Source of the DNA: Mizuhopecten yessoensis
Lineage: Eukaryota
NCBI RefSeq assembly: GCF_002113885.1
Contig: NW_018408916.1
Coordinates: forward strand, 912,957 to 976,956
Reading direction: 5' to 3'
Length of the DNA: 64,000 nt
A program made the translations under genes and the position numbers. Below, in pieces: positions 50,336-63,683 of this stretch (positions are counted from its first letter, which is position 1; each line of letters begins with the position of its first letter). The notes under the pieces are model-generated. The model saw only the letters and a list, made by a program, of their open reading frames with translations, did no database searches and was not told where the DNA came from.

Positions 50336-53300
50336 GTATAGATATAACAGAAAAGACAGATAGATGCGAGGTCCATGTAGTTAAGGAGACTGACACATCA
50401 GTGGAATTAGAGTCTGATAACGGAGCGTATTTGAGGGAGCTGTTTGATGAGACTTCATGTGATACTGCTGGTCGGTGCCAGGCAGTAGAGATCGATGTTT
50501 GTCCAGCCAAAATGGAGCGATCGGAGGACGAGGACAATATGACAAAACCATTGAGGGAAGTAGTCATAGATAGGGTCCGGGCAGTCACGATTACGGCGTC
50601 CATGATGGTGGAAGGAAAAATTATCAGGGCGGTAGTGGACACAGGTGCTGAAGTCACTGTGATGAGCGAGAAGAAGTTTATGCAGTTTCCGGAAGATATG
50701 ACACCGTTGGTGAGAGATGCCGATGTAGGTTTAGCTGTAGCCGAGGCCGGCAAGAAACTAACGACATACGGCTTAGCTGATGTACAGATGACTTTGGGCG
50801 ACAAAGTATTTCCTTGGAGTATTTATATTGCTCCTATCAAAGACGACTTGTTGTTGGGTTGTGACGTCATCGATGCATTTGACATTACAGTTAACACCAA
50901 ACGTGGATTGGAGATTGATGGGAAATGGATGGAGTGTGAAGTGAGAAGGGCTCAGGACCAGATCGCAAGATTAGTAGTACAGGAGACAGTTCTTATACCT
51001 GCTATGTCTGAAGTCATAGTGGCGGGAGAGGCGCAAAATGCCGAAGTATTGGATACACGGTATTCTGCTGTGGAGCCTACAGTTGAAGACGAAAGAACTT
51101 TCATAGTTGCACGGACGTTGGTTGATCCATACAAGCACACAGTGCCGATCAGGATTGTAAACACCAGTAAAACGCCAGTCAAGTTAAGGAAAAGACACAT
51201 GATAGCCGCGTTACACCCTGTGGAGAGTTTTGAAGAAATATTTAAAGAAAATGGAGATACATGGGACAGATTTATCATGATGGAACAAGCTAAACAAAGA
51301 ACTAAAAATCTTCGTCAGGTGGAAGTTATTTTGGAGGACACAGCTACTCAGGCACCAATCATTCCAAAAGAGTGGAATACGGACACAGAGGGAAAGGCCG
51401 ATTCTCCAGTTGTACCGGAATTTCTCAGGGAATTGTTTGACAGAAGCTGTGAAAACGTCACAGATAAAAAACACAGAGATAGATTGGCAGACATTCTTAT
51501 CAGAAATCAGGACAGCTTTGCTAAAAACAAGTTGGAGCTAGGATCCTGCTCAGTTATTGAACACAAAATAGAGACAGGTACAGCTGCACCTGTTCGTCAA
51601 CCTTTGAGGAGGACACCTCGTGGTTTCGAGGTGGAGGAAGAAATATATCTAAAGGATCAAATAGACAACGGGACTATTCATGAATCCAAGTCAAGTTGGG
51701 CTTCAAATATTGTCTTAATCCGGAAAAAAGATGGCACGGTTTGCTGGTGCTGTGATTATCGCCGTTTGAATGATTGTACTATCAATGATGCATATCCACT
51801 ACCTCGCATCGATACTTGCTTGGATTGCCTATCGTCAGCATCTATATTTTCAACTATGGATCTTCAAAGCGGATACTGGCAACTAAAACTAGCTGAGGAG
51901 GATCGAGCGAAGACAGCATTTATCACAAAATATGGATTGTATGAGTACATAAAGATGCCTTTTGGTCTTTGCAACGCTCCTAGCACATTTCAAAGATGTA
52001 TGGAACTCATTTTCCGAGGAATGCAGTGGAAAACCATATTAATCTACTTGGATGACGTCATTCTATTCAGCTCAGATATGGAGGAACATTTGGAGAAACT
52101 GGAAGAAATTCTGAAACGCTTCAAGTCTGCAGGTTTAAATTTGAAACCATCAAAGTGCGAGTTTGTGAAAAAGGAAGTCCTATATCTCGGACACATCGTC
52201 GGAGCAGAGGGGATAAATGCTAACTCTAAGATAGTAGAAGCTGTAAGAAACTGGAAGCAGCCTACTACAGTCAAAGAAGTCCAACAGTTCATCGGGCTCT
52301 GCAATTATTACAGGCGCTTTATTGAGCACTTTAGTGAACTATCTGCACCTTTAACAGAGTTGACCAAAAAGGATGTAAAATTCATTTGGACTGAAGAATG
52401 CGAGAACACATTTCACCTTTTGAAAGAAAAAATGTGTCATTCACCAATTTTGGCTATACCAAACAACGAGGACCCAATAATCTTGGACAGATGCCTCAAA
52501 TATTGGAGTTGGAGCAGTGCTTTCACAAGTACAAAACGGAAGAGAGCGTCCAGTAGCTTACGCGTCTAAAAAGCTAGACCGTCATCAACAAAGATACAGT
52601 GTGACCCGGAGGGAGCTTTTGGCTGTCGTGACATTTATCACACAGTTTAAGCACTATCTCCTGGGAAGGCGATTCCTGTTGCGGACAGATCATGGATCAC
52701 TACGCTGGCTGTTTGGATTCAAAGATCCACAGGGACAAGTCGCCAGATGGTTGGAATGTCTTGGGGAATTCGATTTTGAAATACAGCATCGTGCAGGAAA
52801 ACGTCATCAGAACGCGGATGCCCTATCACGTTGTGATGTTGATGATTTGTGCACACATCAAAAGGAGGGAACCGTGGATAAGCAATGTATTACTTGTATC
52901 CAGCTGAAGCAGAATTGGAAGCAGTTCAAGGAAGACGTTGACAATGTGCAACCATTAGGAGGTCAAAACATTGAGAAAGATGTTCGAGCCGTTAAGACAA
53001 ACGTGGTCAAGGCAAAAGAAAGTAACTGGATGGACGGATATTCTTATAAGGAACTGTCAGTTTTCCAGGAAGAAGACGACGATTTGAAACATCTACATGA
53101 GTGGGTTAAGGTCGATAAGATACCCACAAGAGACAATGTGGCTAAACATAGCCCTGCTGTAAGGAAGTTATGGCTAAATTGGAATAACATTGTATGCCAA
53201 CATGGACTGTTGTATCAGCGTTGGAGAACGGCATCACCTGAAACAGAGAAACTGCAACTGTTAGTACCAAAAATACTTAAACCAGAGATTATGAAGCGTT

Positions 53301-54346
53301 GTCACAACTCTACGTATGCTGCTCATCCGGGTGTTCAACGTACAATGGAGAAACTACGGGAAATTTTTTATTGGTACAAGATGATCAATGATGTCAAGAC
53401 CCATGTGCATTTATGCGAAAACTGTAATCGATGGAAATCGACAGTACCAACATCCAAAGCTACGCCCAGTGACCACAGAGTGGGATATCCTTTGGATAGA
53501 GTTGGCATCGACGTGATCGGACCACTCCCTCGGACAAAGAATCAGAATCAATATATCCTAGTAATTGGAGATCATTTCACAAGATGGATGGAAGCGTATC
53601 CTCTTCCTAACCAATCAGCTGAAAAAGTCGCGGAGAAGTTGGTAAAAGAATTCATAGCCAGATTCGAGATTCCTTTAGAAATTCATTCGGACCAAGGTAC
53701 CAATTTTGAAAGTCAGATCTTTCAGGAAGTGTGCAAACTCCTTCAAATTACAAAGACCAGGACCACCCCCTATCATCCTGAATCAAACGGATTGATCGAA
53801 CGGTTTAATAAAACGTTGGGAACTATGATCAAGTGCTTCCTGAAAGAGAATCCTAAGGAATGGGACCGTCACTTGGAAATACTTATGGCAGCATATAGAA
53901 GTACAAAGCATTCTGCAACTGGATTCAGCCCCAACGTTATGATGTTTGGACGTGAAGTGAATACACCAATAAACATTTTGTTTCCGACAGAGGGATCAAC
54001 GGAATTCACATCTACCGAATACGTGGGAAGATTACGCGAGACCTTGGAGACCATGTACAACACGGCTAGAAATAAATTAGGGGAAAAAGCGAGTTACACA
54101 AAAAGAAACAGTGATACCCGTATTCATGATAAACCATACAATATAGGGGAATTTGTGTATAAATTAAAGCCGAAACATAGAAAACTGGAGTCACCATGGT
54201 CAGGACCGTACATCGTCACCAAAGTATTGAGTGATGTCGTTTACGAGATCACCCATAGTAAACATAAAGAGATTGTACATTTTAATAAATTAAAGACCTG
54301 TACAATGTTAGAAAGTCCAAAATGGGCCAAAACCTATATGCTATGA
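50293..54346 (+). pseudogene. pol: Gypsy Pol (protease, RT, RNase H, integrase) with one frameshift at ~52489
   Basis: VDTGAE; MPFGL, YLDD; RNaseH D[T]DAS broken by an apparent 2-bp deletion; integrase H..H..CxxC, D..D..E and WSGPY. Confidence 0.92.
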
Positions 54347-54369
54347 TCTTTTGTTTTTACAGGTTAACG

Positions 54370-55086
54370 ATGAGCTTTCAATGTAGTATTTGTGAAGGCA
54401 AATATAAAGGAAAGAAGAGTGCCATAGTACATTTCTTGTCACAGCACAAACCTATTGAGAGTGCCCCATTTAGTTGTACCCTTTGTGGGTATAGATCCCT
54501 AACCTCTGCTTCTTTGAAAGCTCACACCAAAGGATATCGACCACATTGGGAAAAAAGACAGATAACCAGTTTAAATGATCTGGATTGCTTTCAAAGAAGC
54601 CTAAGACCGTATTCAGTGACTTTTGGAGTCGGAAATGAAGATATGTGTTATATAAAGGAAGATCTGGAAGTGAGGAAGGAAGAAAGATTGACAGAGATTA
54701 AGGAAAATATGGAAGCGAAGAATGAAGAAAGAGCGACAGAGATCAAGGAAGATATGGAAGTGAGGAAGGAAGAAAGAGCGACAGAGACCAAGGAAGACCT
54801 GGATGGACTGTTACATGATGTCCTGGAATTGTGTGAGGACGAGACAGAGAGGTTCAAGAAGGAAAAGGAAGCGGAAGCGGAAGTGGACAGGATCCGGAAA
54901 GAGATAGTTTAGTGCGAAAAGAAAAGAGCGACAGAGAGTGCGAAGTTTGGAAAGTATGTAGAGAGATTAGAGAAGAAGTTAGATGAGTGTAGAGGGCGTA
55001 AGAGAGATTATGGAAGTTCATACGGTTTTGAGGAGATGTGGGAGGAATATGGGAATGAAAGTAAGAGACTTAAGAGTGTGGTGTGA
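54370..55086 (+). CDS. Extra ORF3 of the Gypsy element: two C2H2-type fingers plus charged coiled coil; in-frame TAG at 54910
   Basis: Acceptor ttttgtttttacAG at 54362; CSIC..H..H and CTLC..H..H; EERxTEIKEDMEVRK-like repeat x3; frame stays open ~57 codons beyond the TAG. Confidence 0.7.
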
Positions 55087-55288
55087 GTGGTAAAGAAATA
55101 AACATGTTGTCATATCTATTGTTAAAATTAAAGAGCTGGAAATGTAATTTAAATAATATTTGGCTGGATGTACATATCTTTGTAAAGAAAGATTTGATTT
55201 TGAATTCTACTGTGTAGATTCTTGAAATATTTCTCAAAGTGTTCTGTTTTAAAATTGTTCTTTCTACATTTTGGGGACAAAATGGTCT

Positions 55289-55301
55289 AAAAGGGGAAAA
55301 G
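55289..55301 (+). other. Polypurine tract
   Basis: AAAAGGGGAAAAG abutting the 3' LTR. Confidence 0.9.
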
Positions 55302-56467
55302 TGTTGTGAAACTGGGATTTGTTGACATTCGTTATAATAATAGTAATTCTTTATATAGCTTACTAAAATCGTATTTATCATTACTAGTGTATCTCTATGT
55401 CAATGTGATATCAACAATACCTTTATAATCGTTAAGAGAGTCAGTTTTTATGTTTTCAAAAAGTCGGACGTCAAACTTTCCCGCAATCTATTGACAGTTT
55501 ATGTCGTTGTATACGTGACGTAACTTCCGGGTTATTTCGTCAGCTATTAATAGTATCATACGTTAAAGATAACGGAGTCTTTGTAATTCGTACTGAATTT
55601 GTCCATAAGAAAGAAATACATATGTAATTGTAAAATTATACTTCAAGAATGTTCTGTTGTTTTGCGTTACCATTGTGGCACGCGCTATTCGATATAAAAG
55701 CGGATTGCGGTCTGTTTTGAAGGAGTCGAGCTGGTAGAGATCCTGAGTGTACCAAGCGAGGTAACTCTTGTGAAAGGTAGGGCATTTTTATAGGAACTTA
55801 AATTATACTCTATCTAGTTTAATGGAGTATTTATATATTTCCAATTCATATTTATAACCTTCGGTGAACCGTGAAGTCGGGCTCGGAGGAAAATAAGTTA
55901 CAAATACTAATTTAAGGGGTATTTGAATACATTTCGATAACTTGTGTGAGCCACGTAATGCGGAGTCACAAGAAAGTAATTGTGTTTAAGGTTTAGATAA
56001 CTCTATATGTTATAACCTGTGTTGAACCGTGAAGTCGGTCTCACGGGAAACTAAAGAAACTTGTAAGGCATAGATAAATCTATCAATCATAACCTGTGGT
56101 GAGTCGTGAATTCGAACTCACAGGAAAACAATGGACATGTAAGGCTTATTTTAACTAACCGTTAAGCTCCCCGAGCGTATATTTCTTGATTGATAAGTAA
56201 TTCCTAGTGTTTATGATAGCTATATTGTTCAAGTAGGATTTTTCATGATAGCATAGTACGACTCGACTCATATGCTTTGGTGACGGGATTATGTAAATGT
56301 ATTTTGTATACGAAGATGTAAATTGTATGTAATGGAATTCTGTATACTGATATGTATATGGTAGTAACTGAATAAACACCATCCTCGTACTTGATATCAA
56401 CTATCGAACTCTTAATTTCTGGTACCGAATAACGGCTTTCCATACAAGAAGGCACAATTTTATTACA
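55302..56467 (+). repeat. 3' LTR (1166 bp)
   Basis: About 6 substitutions and 1 indel versus the 5' LTR, counted by eye. Confidence 0.97.
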
Positions 56468-57299
56468 ACAGTCATATACAATACAAAGACATTACTCTAC
56501 ATGTAGCAATGCCCTTCATTGCTTTTATGTTGCAATCCTCGATTTTGACACGACATACAATATATTTTTGTAGAAAGTGCACATGCTATTAGTGCACTGA
56601 CATTGTCTTTTCGCGCCTCCTTCTGGGTATTCTGAATATATCAGTCTTCACGCATATCAACGTTCCCGTGCTTCTTTCCTTGATTTTTTTCTCTTGTGCC
56701 TGTCACTTGCTCTCGTCTGCATCAGTAGAACATGAGGTTTTCCCTCTTTAACAACTCGCTTCCTTTCAGACATTGTTCTATGCAACAACGCTACCATGGA
56801 TGAAACTTGACCAATTGTTCTGTCTTCGGTATACTGGCCGTTATCAACGTCTGGTTAGTCACGTAGTATACTGACTATGTATTGTTTATGTTTGGATCTT
56901 ATAGGTCCACATAAATGAACAAAGATTCCACTGTGTCATAACAGAAACTTTTTGTCTGGCCTATACTTACTTATCACGACGGATACAAGAAACTTCATTG
57001 AATAGATGTACATGCAGTTTCTTGAAATTTTGTTCTTCTTGTATATGATATATTAAGCGGTTTTCATTACGTCTGCTGGAACAAAATGTATTGTAAACAG
57101 TGTCTTACCGCATGAGTAAGCACACCACTGTGTACACTTTTGTCTGTGTGTACAAATGAGATAAATAGCATAACGTACGATGTATTTAAGTATAATGTCA
57201 CGACTACACGGGTACCTAGTGACATTGCCCGTACTAAGACAAAATAACGTTTAAATAGCAATACAGGATTTAAAAAGATCCATCTCAAACCCTTACAGA

Positions 57300-58138
57300 T
57301 GATGTTGACACAGAAAGATCATATAGCATTGACACAAAAAGATCATATAGCGTTGACACAGAAAGATCATATAGCGTTGACACAGAAAGATCATATAGCG
57401 TTGACACAGAAAGATCATATAGCGTTGACACAGAAAGATCATATAGCGTTGACACAGAAAGATCATATAGCGTTGACACAGAAAGATCATATAGCGTTGA
57501 CACAGAAAGATCATATAGCGTTGACACAGAAAGATCATATAGCGTTGACACAGAAAGATCATATAGCGTTGACACAGAAAGATCATATAGCGTTGACACA
57601 GAAAGATCATATAGCGTTGACACAAAAGGATCATATAGCGTTGACACAGAAAGATCATATAGCGTTGACACAGAAAGATCATATAGCGTTGACACAGAAA
57701 GATCTTGTAGCGTTGACACAGAAAGATCATATAGCGTTGACACAGAAAGATCATATAGCGTTGACACAGAAAGATCATATAGCGTTGACACAGAAAGATC
57801 ATATAGCGTTGACACAGAAAGATCATATAGCGTTGACACAGAAAGATCATATAGCGTTGACACAGAAAGATCATATAGCGTTGACACAGAAAGATCATAT
57901 AGCGTTGACACAGAAAGATCATATAGCGTTGACACAGAAAGATCATATAGCGTTGACACAGAAAGATCATATAGCGTTGACACAAAAGGATCATATAGCG
58001 TTGACACAGAAAGATCATATAGCGTTGACACAGAAAGATCATATAGCGTTGACACAGAAAGATCTTGTAGCGTTGACACAAAAAGATCATATAGCGTTGA
58101 CACAAAAAGATCATATAGCGTTGACACAAAAGGATCAT
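57300..58138 (+). repeat. 24-bp minisatellite GTTGACACAGAAAGATCATATAGC, ~35 copies
   Basis: Near-perfect tandem array; variant monomers recur at 360-bp spacing. Confidence 0.97.
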
Positions 58139-58569
58139 TAATTAATATTTTATTTCAATAGCTATTTTCACCTGCAACAAAGGGTTTACCAACCTTTACA
58201 CTACACATAATACCTAGTGTTATAATTGACCTTTAATAATCACATACCATGCAATATGATTGGCATAATTATCAATAAACAAATCATTGTAATGTCTTTG
58301 ATTGATTATCATTATGAACACACTAGTCTATTAACCCTCGAAAAATCCCTCCTTAATCCATTATGGCGGATTACAAAGATATAGAAGGTAAACAGTGGTC
58401 TATAGATACTGCGTCCTATACTACTTCTATAAATTTACCAAATAATTTGCCATTATTGATATAGGAGGAGTTATGTCGTAATAATATCTGTCGATACCAG
58501 CGGTATGTGTATGTATTGTAGGCCGCAGCTATAATTAAAATAGCAATGTTTGTAAAATTATAAACTTAT

Positions 58570-59710
58570 AAATTAAACTATGATCGTAAAAGTTGGTACG
58601 TTTATCCCAAAATTGCTCCATTCGACTTCTGGTAAAAATCCAACCATCATATTTGATTCATTACATCACTTATAACAATTAAATGATACCAATGCTCGTT
58701 CATGTTTATAGATTTTCGGCATTGTCTTTCATTTTCTTGTTACCTCAAAATGTATCTGTCAACCTTTCAAACATGAATATTTTATATTAAATTTTCGATT
58801 TAAGAGACGTTTATCATCGCCTTCATCTGACTAAACTCTGGTCTCTTTCCAATAATATATCAAAAGAAATTCAGAACTTTATCGATTGCTATTATGACTA
58901 TTTCCGTTAGATCCTAGTACATTGGCATACTGAGAAAACGTAACATGTAAGCATTGAGTAAATAAACGGTTTTGGATTACCTAGTCTAAAGTAAGACGGA
59001 TATCCATTTCATAAAAATCAATGCGATGTTGTGACAGTGATAATAGCTCTACAAAATGTCATTGTACCGAAGGGTGTGTGACTTCTTTAACGTAAATCGT
59101 CAATTTTACAAACATGTAAGGATGATGTATTTTGTTTTTAGTATAAATCTTAAACGAAACAACACATCTTGATTTTTTTCCCGGACACACCGCACCCGTC
59201 ACTACGGTCTTCTAATTAGTGTATTGGTTCACATTCCAACGGTAGCCGTGACAACAACAGGCTGTGGAGAGGTGTAAACACACCTTGTTACGTCACAGAG
59301 CACAACTATATTCATACATTGATGGAACGTTAAGTACAATTAAATATCTTCCGTACTGACATTTTATAACGTAACACTAATTACACCAAATTAACATTTA
59401 AATAGAGTGTATTCACTAAGAAAACATTCATTTTAATCGTAGAATATGTTGTAGCGTCTGTGGTAATGTTAGATTTAAGGAAACCGAAAGAGGATGTACA
59501 GGACGTCAACAGTTTAGTCTTTATGCAAAATAAAGATCGAATCATAACGGCGTCATTTTCCAATGGATACGCATAGCGGAAGTTATAGGAAAATTGGGCA
59601 AACCCTCGTTCTATAAATAAATCGCTATGTTATACATGTAGTTGACCAAGAAAGGTATGTGTACATGTAGGTGATGAACATGAAACGCCACGACTGTCTT
59701 ATCTTCATTG
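58570..59710 (+). promoter_or_regulatory. Fourth, more diverged copy of the TRIM upstream region; ISRE at 59479-59490
   Basis: Colinear homology to 18240-20240 and 28415-29810, but without the satellite. Confidence 0.75.
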
Positions 59711-60054
59711 TCTCTATTATGTTCGGTTAACAAATCATGATGTTGTGTTGACATGTCATTATTTTGGGTTGGCATGTCATAATGTTGAGTTAACAAAGGA
59801 TTATTTTGCTTTGATAAATCTAGTGACTCAACAAGTTTGGTTTATTATGTTTGATCCGCATAGTTGAAACTGTAAATAATGTCACATGTTTTTCTATGTG
59901 TCGGGTGTATCCGTTGTAAAATACAGAAATCAACCTGTTTCGTGGTGGACGTACACTAGCACAACGACATAATATATGCTATAATTATAACGAGATATGA
60001 CTAGTATCATTTAATCTGTTATAAATAATATTATATTCAATTGGAAATAATTAG

Positions 60055-60339
60055 TTGACTTGATATTGACGAGTCCTATGCCACCTGGCGAATATCTCCC
60101 TATGTGTGTATGCTTGCGTGTGTGCTGGAATTAGTGCCACCTCACTTGAATGCTACAGCACAGATACCGCAACATCCACCCCAGACCAATTTATACTCCA
60201 CCTGGGTTGTACGAGTTGTGTGGGCAGGAAAAACAATACTTTCTCTGAATATCCATGCGTACGACGACTTATAGGGGATCGAACCCCGGCCGCCTGCGTG
60301 GAAGGCCGGGGTGTTCACCACTCGACCAATCCGCCCATA
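60055..60339 (-). mobile_element. tRNA-derived SINE (Gly-like head)
   Basis: Minus strand A-box TGGTCGAGTGG, loop CTTCCAC, B-box GGTTCGATCCC, followed by non-tRNA body. Confidence 0.7.
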
Positions 60340-60653
60340 GTCATTCATACGTTTTTCTATCATTTGCGTCGGTCGTTATTTTCGTGCACTGATAGACTGC
60401 TATGATAGTGACTCATTGAATGTTCCAGAAAGATGCTGCTATTGAGTAATGCAAGTAAAAGAGAAAAATCATTACCTAAATTGCATCAGTTAATCTCTTT
60501 TATTTAACTATTGTTAACAATACTTTTATTTATTCTTTTTCGTATTTTTCTGGACCTTGTGTTTCGTGAGTAGCTGTGAAGACATGAATACATATTACAT
60601 GTACGCAAATGTGATGATGAAATTTTGCCGAACCGTAAAGAAAACAGATTCTA

Positions 60654-60757
60654 AACTTTTCTTTGTTAATGAGGTAATAAATCAAGTCGAGCACGCTGTA
60701 AATTAATATTTACCGCGTGCTCGACTTGGTTTATTACCTCATCAACAAAGAAAAGTT
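60654..60757. repeat. ~104-bp near-perfect palindrome
   Basis: Two ~50-bp inverted arms around a TAAT centre; the right arm recurs at ~62961-63010. Confidence 0.9.
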
Positions 60758-61088
60758 AAAAGATAATCCTCAAGTGCGTACAGTCCGGACATCATGCATG
60801 TCCATACAGTTAGAACATCATACATGTACCTACAGTCCGGACATCATACATGTACATACAGTTAGGACATCATACATGTACAAAAAGTCTGAACATCATA
60901 CATGTACACACAGTTACGACATCATACATGTACATACAGTTCGAACATCATACATGTACATACAGTTAGGCCATCATACATGTACAGACAATCCGAACAT
61001 TATACAGGTACATACAGTTAGGACATCCTACATGTACATACAGTCCTAAGATCATACATGTCCATACAGCCCGAACATCATACATATT

Positions 61089-61400
61089 GAATGACAAAAA
61101 CTGATAATTATTGTCCAACAAGTCCTTAACTGTCTTCACCCCATTCCGTTCATATTCCATATATTGTTTGTAACTAGGAACTGGTATGTAATTCAAAAGA
61201 TCATCACCAAGAAAACTTGATACTTCATTATTGTCATCTTTATATTCCATCCATGCTAAAATAACATCTTTCCAGAAAACATTAGTTACATTTTTCGATA
61301 TTTCCTCCAGTTTTGATTTTTTCAGATTCCATAATCTCTCCCCTCCAAATTTACTAAAATTAGATTTTGCTAAACTTTGCCAGTCCCCATTTCCATCATA
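61089..61400 (-). mobile_element. Tx1/L1-type ORF2 fragment (duplicated at 62737-62960)
   Basis: GDWQSL..FGGERLW..NVFWKDVILAW..GVKTVKDLLD. Confidence 0.7.
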
Positions 61401-61987
61401 TATCCGGATAACTTACGGTTTGTTTATTACAAGTGGCTTGTTTCGTTTAAGAAAATTTATTAAAAAAAAAAGAAAAAAAAAAAAAAAAAAAAAATAATGC
61501 CCAGACTTTTTGTACATATATGATGTCCTAACTGTTTGTACATGTATGACGTCCTAACTGTATGTACCTGTATAATGTTCGGACTGTATGTACAAGTATG
61601 GTGTCCTAACTGTATGCACATGTATGATGTTCGGATTGTATGTACATTTATGATGTCCTAACTGTATTTACATGTATGATGTCCTCACTGTATGTACATG
61701 TTTGATATTCGGACTGTATGTTTCTGTATGATGTTCGGACTTTATGTACATGTATAATGTTCTGATTGTATGTACATGTATCAGGTCGTACCTGTGTGTA
61801 CATGTATGATTGGACAATAATTATCAGTTTTTGTCATTCAATATGTATGATGTTCGGACTTTATGTACATGTATAATGTTCGGATTGTCTGTACATGTAT
61901 GATGCTCAGACTTTTTGTACATGTATGATGGCCTAACTGTATGTACATGGATGATGTCGTAACTGTGTGTACTTGTATGATGTCCAG

Positions 61988-62325
61988 ACAAAATTAGTAT
62001 ATGATATAATGCATGAATTAGAAGAAAAAAATATGTCTGGTTTGTTGCTACTTGTTGATTTTGAAAAAGCCTTTGACTCGATAGAATGGAGTTTTATTCA
62101 TAGGTCTTTAAAATCTTTCAATTTTGGTGAATCTTTGCTTAAATGGATACATATTTTCTATCATAATGCAAAAAGCAGAATAATTAATAATGGGTATTTT
62201 TCATCATTTTTGGACGTAAAACGTGGATGTAGACAAGGGGATCCCATCTCCCCATATCTATTCCTGATAGGTGTTGAAATGTTGGCTATACAATGGAAAA
62301 AAAATAAAAGTATCAAAGGTGTACA
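61988..62325 (+). mobile_element. Tx1/L1-type reverse transcriptase fragment
   Basis: LLLVDFEKAFDSIEW..RGCRQGDPISPYLF. Confidence 0.9.
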
Positions 62326-63683
62326 AACATACATGTACATACAATCAGAACATTATACATGTACATACAGTCCTAACGTCATACATGTCCATAGAGTCCG
62401 AACATCATACAGAAACATACAGTCCGAATATCAAACATGTACATACATGTACAACATACAGCCGAATATCATACAATTACATACAATCCGACCATCATAC
62501 ATGTACACACAGGTACGACATCATACATCTACATACAGTTCGAACATCCTACATGTACATACAGTCCTAACGTCATACATGTCCATACAGTCCGAACGTC
62601 ATACATGTACAAAAAGTCTGAAAATCATACATGTACACACAGGTACGACATCATACATGGACATACAGTTCGAACATCCTACATGTACATACAGTCCTAG
62701 CATCATACATGTCCATACAGCCCGAACATCATACATATTGAATGACAAAAACTGATAATTATTGTCCAACAAGTCCTTAACTGTCTTCACCCCATTCCGT
62801 TCATATTCCATATATTGTTTGTAACTAGGAACTGGTATGTAATTCAAAAGATCATCACCAAGAAAACTTGATACTTCATTATTGTCATCTTTATATTATT
62901 TCCATGCTAAAATAACATCTTTCCAGAAAACATTAGTTACATTTTTCGATATTTCCTCCATTACCGCGTGCTCGACTTGGTTTAATACCTCATCAACAAA
63001 GAAAAGTTACAAGATAATCCTCAAGTGCGTACAGTCCGGACATCATACATTATAAACACATCCCATACATACATACAACGACCAGAAAATAAACATCCTA
63101 CAACAACATATACAGTTAGGACATCATAAATGTACAAAAAGTCTGAGCATCATACATGTACACACAGGTACGACATCATACATGTACCTACAGTCCGGAC
63201 CTCATACATGTACATAAAGTCCGAACATCATATATGTGCGTACTGTCCGAACATCACACATGTACATACAGTCCTAAGATCATACATGTCCATACAGTCC
63301 GAACATCATACATGTACATACAATCCGAACATTATACATGTACATACAGTCCGAACATCATATATGTGCATACTGTCCGAACATCATACATGTACATACA
63401 GTTAGGACATCATACATGTACAAAAAGTCTGGATATCATACATGTACATACAGTTAGGACACCATACTTGTACATACAGTCCGAACATCATACAGAAACA
63501 TACAGTCCGAATATCAAACATGTACATACATGTACAACATACAGCCGAATATCATACAATTACATACAATCCGAACATCATACATGTACATTCAGTCCGA
63601 ACATCATACATGTACATACAATCCGAACATCATACATGTACATACAGTTAGGACATCATACATGTACAAAAAGTCTGGACATC

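Larger units (their letters stand above)
47137..56467 (+). mobile_element. Full-length Ty3/Gypsy LTR retrotransposon
   Basis: TG..CA LTRs, 5-bp TSD ACAGT (47132-47136 and 56468-56472), PBS, PPT, and PR-RT-RH-IN domain order. Confidence 0.98.

Noticed and set aside
54322-54912. env gene
   Set aside because: No signal peptide or transmembrane segment; zinc-finger and charged composition instead.
57285-58141. 280-aa repetitive ORFs on both strands
   Set aside because: Translation of a 24-bp minisatellite.
60265-60339. tRNA-Gly gene (also the tRNA-like head at 38610)
   Set aside because: The acceptor stem does not close and the sequence continues into a SINE body.
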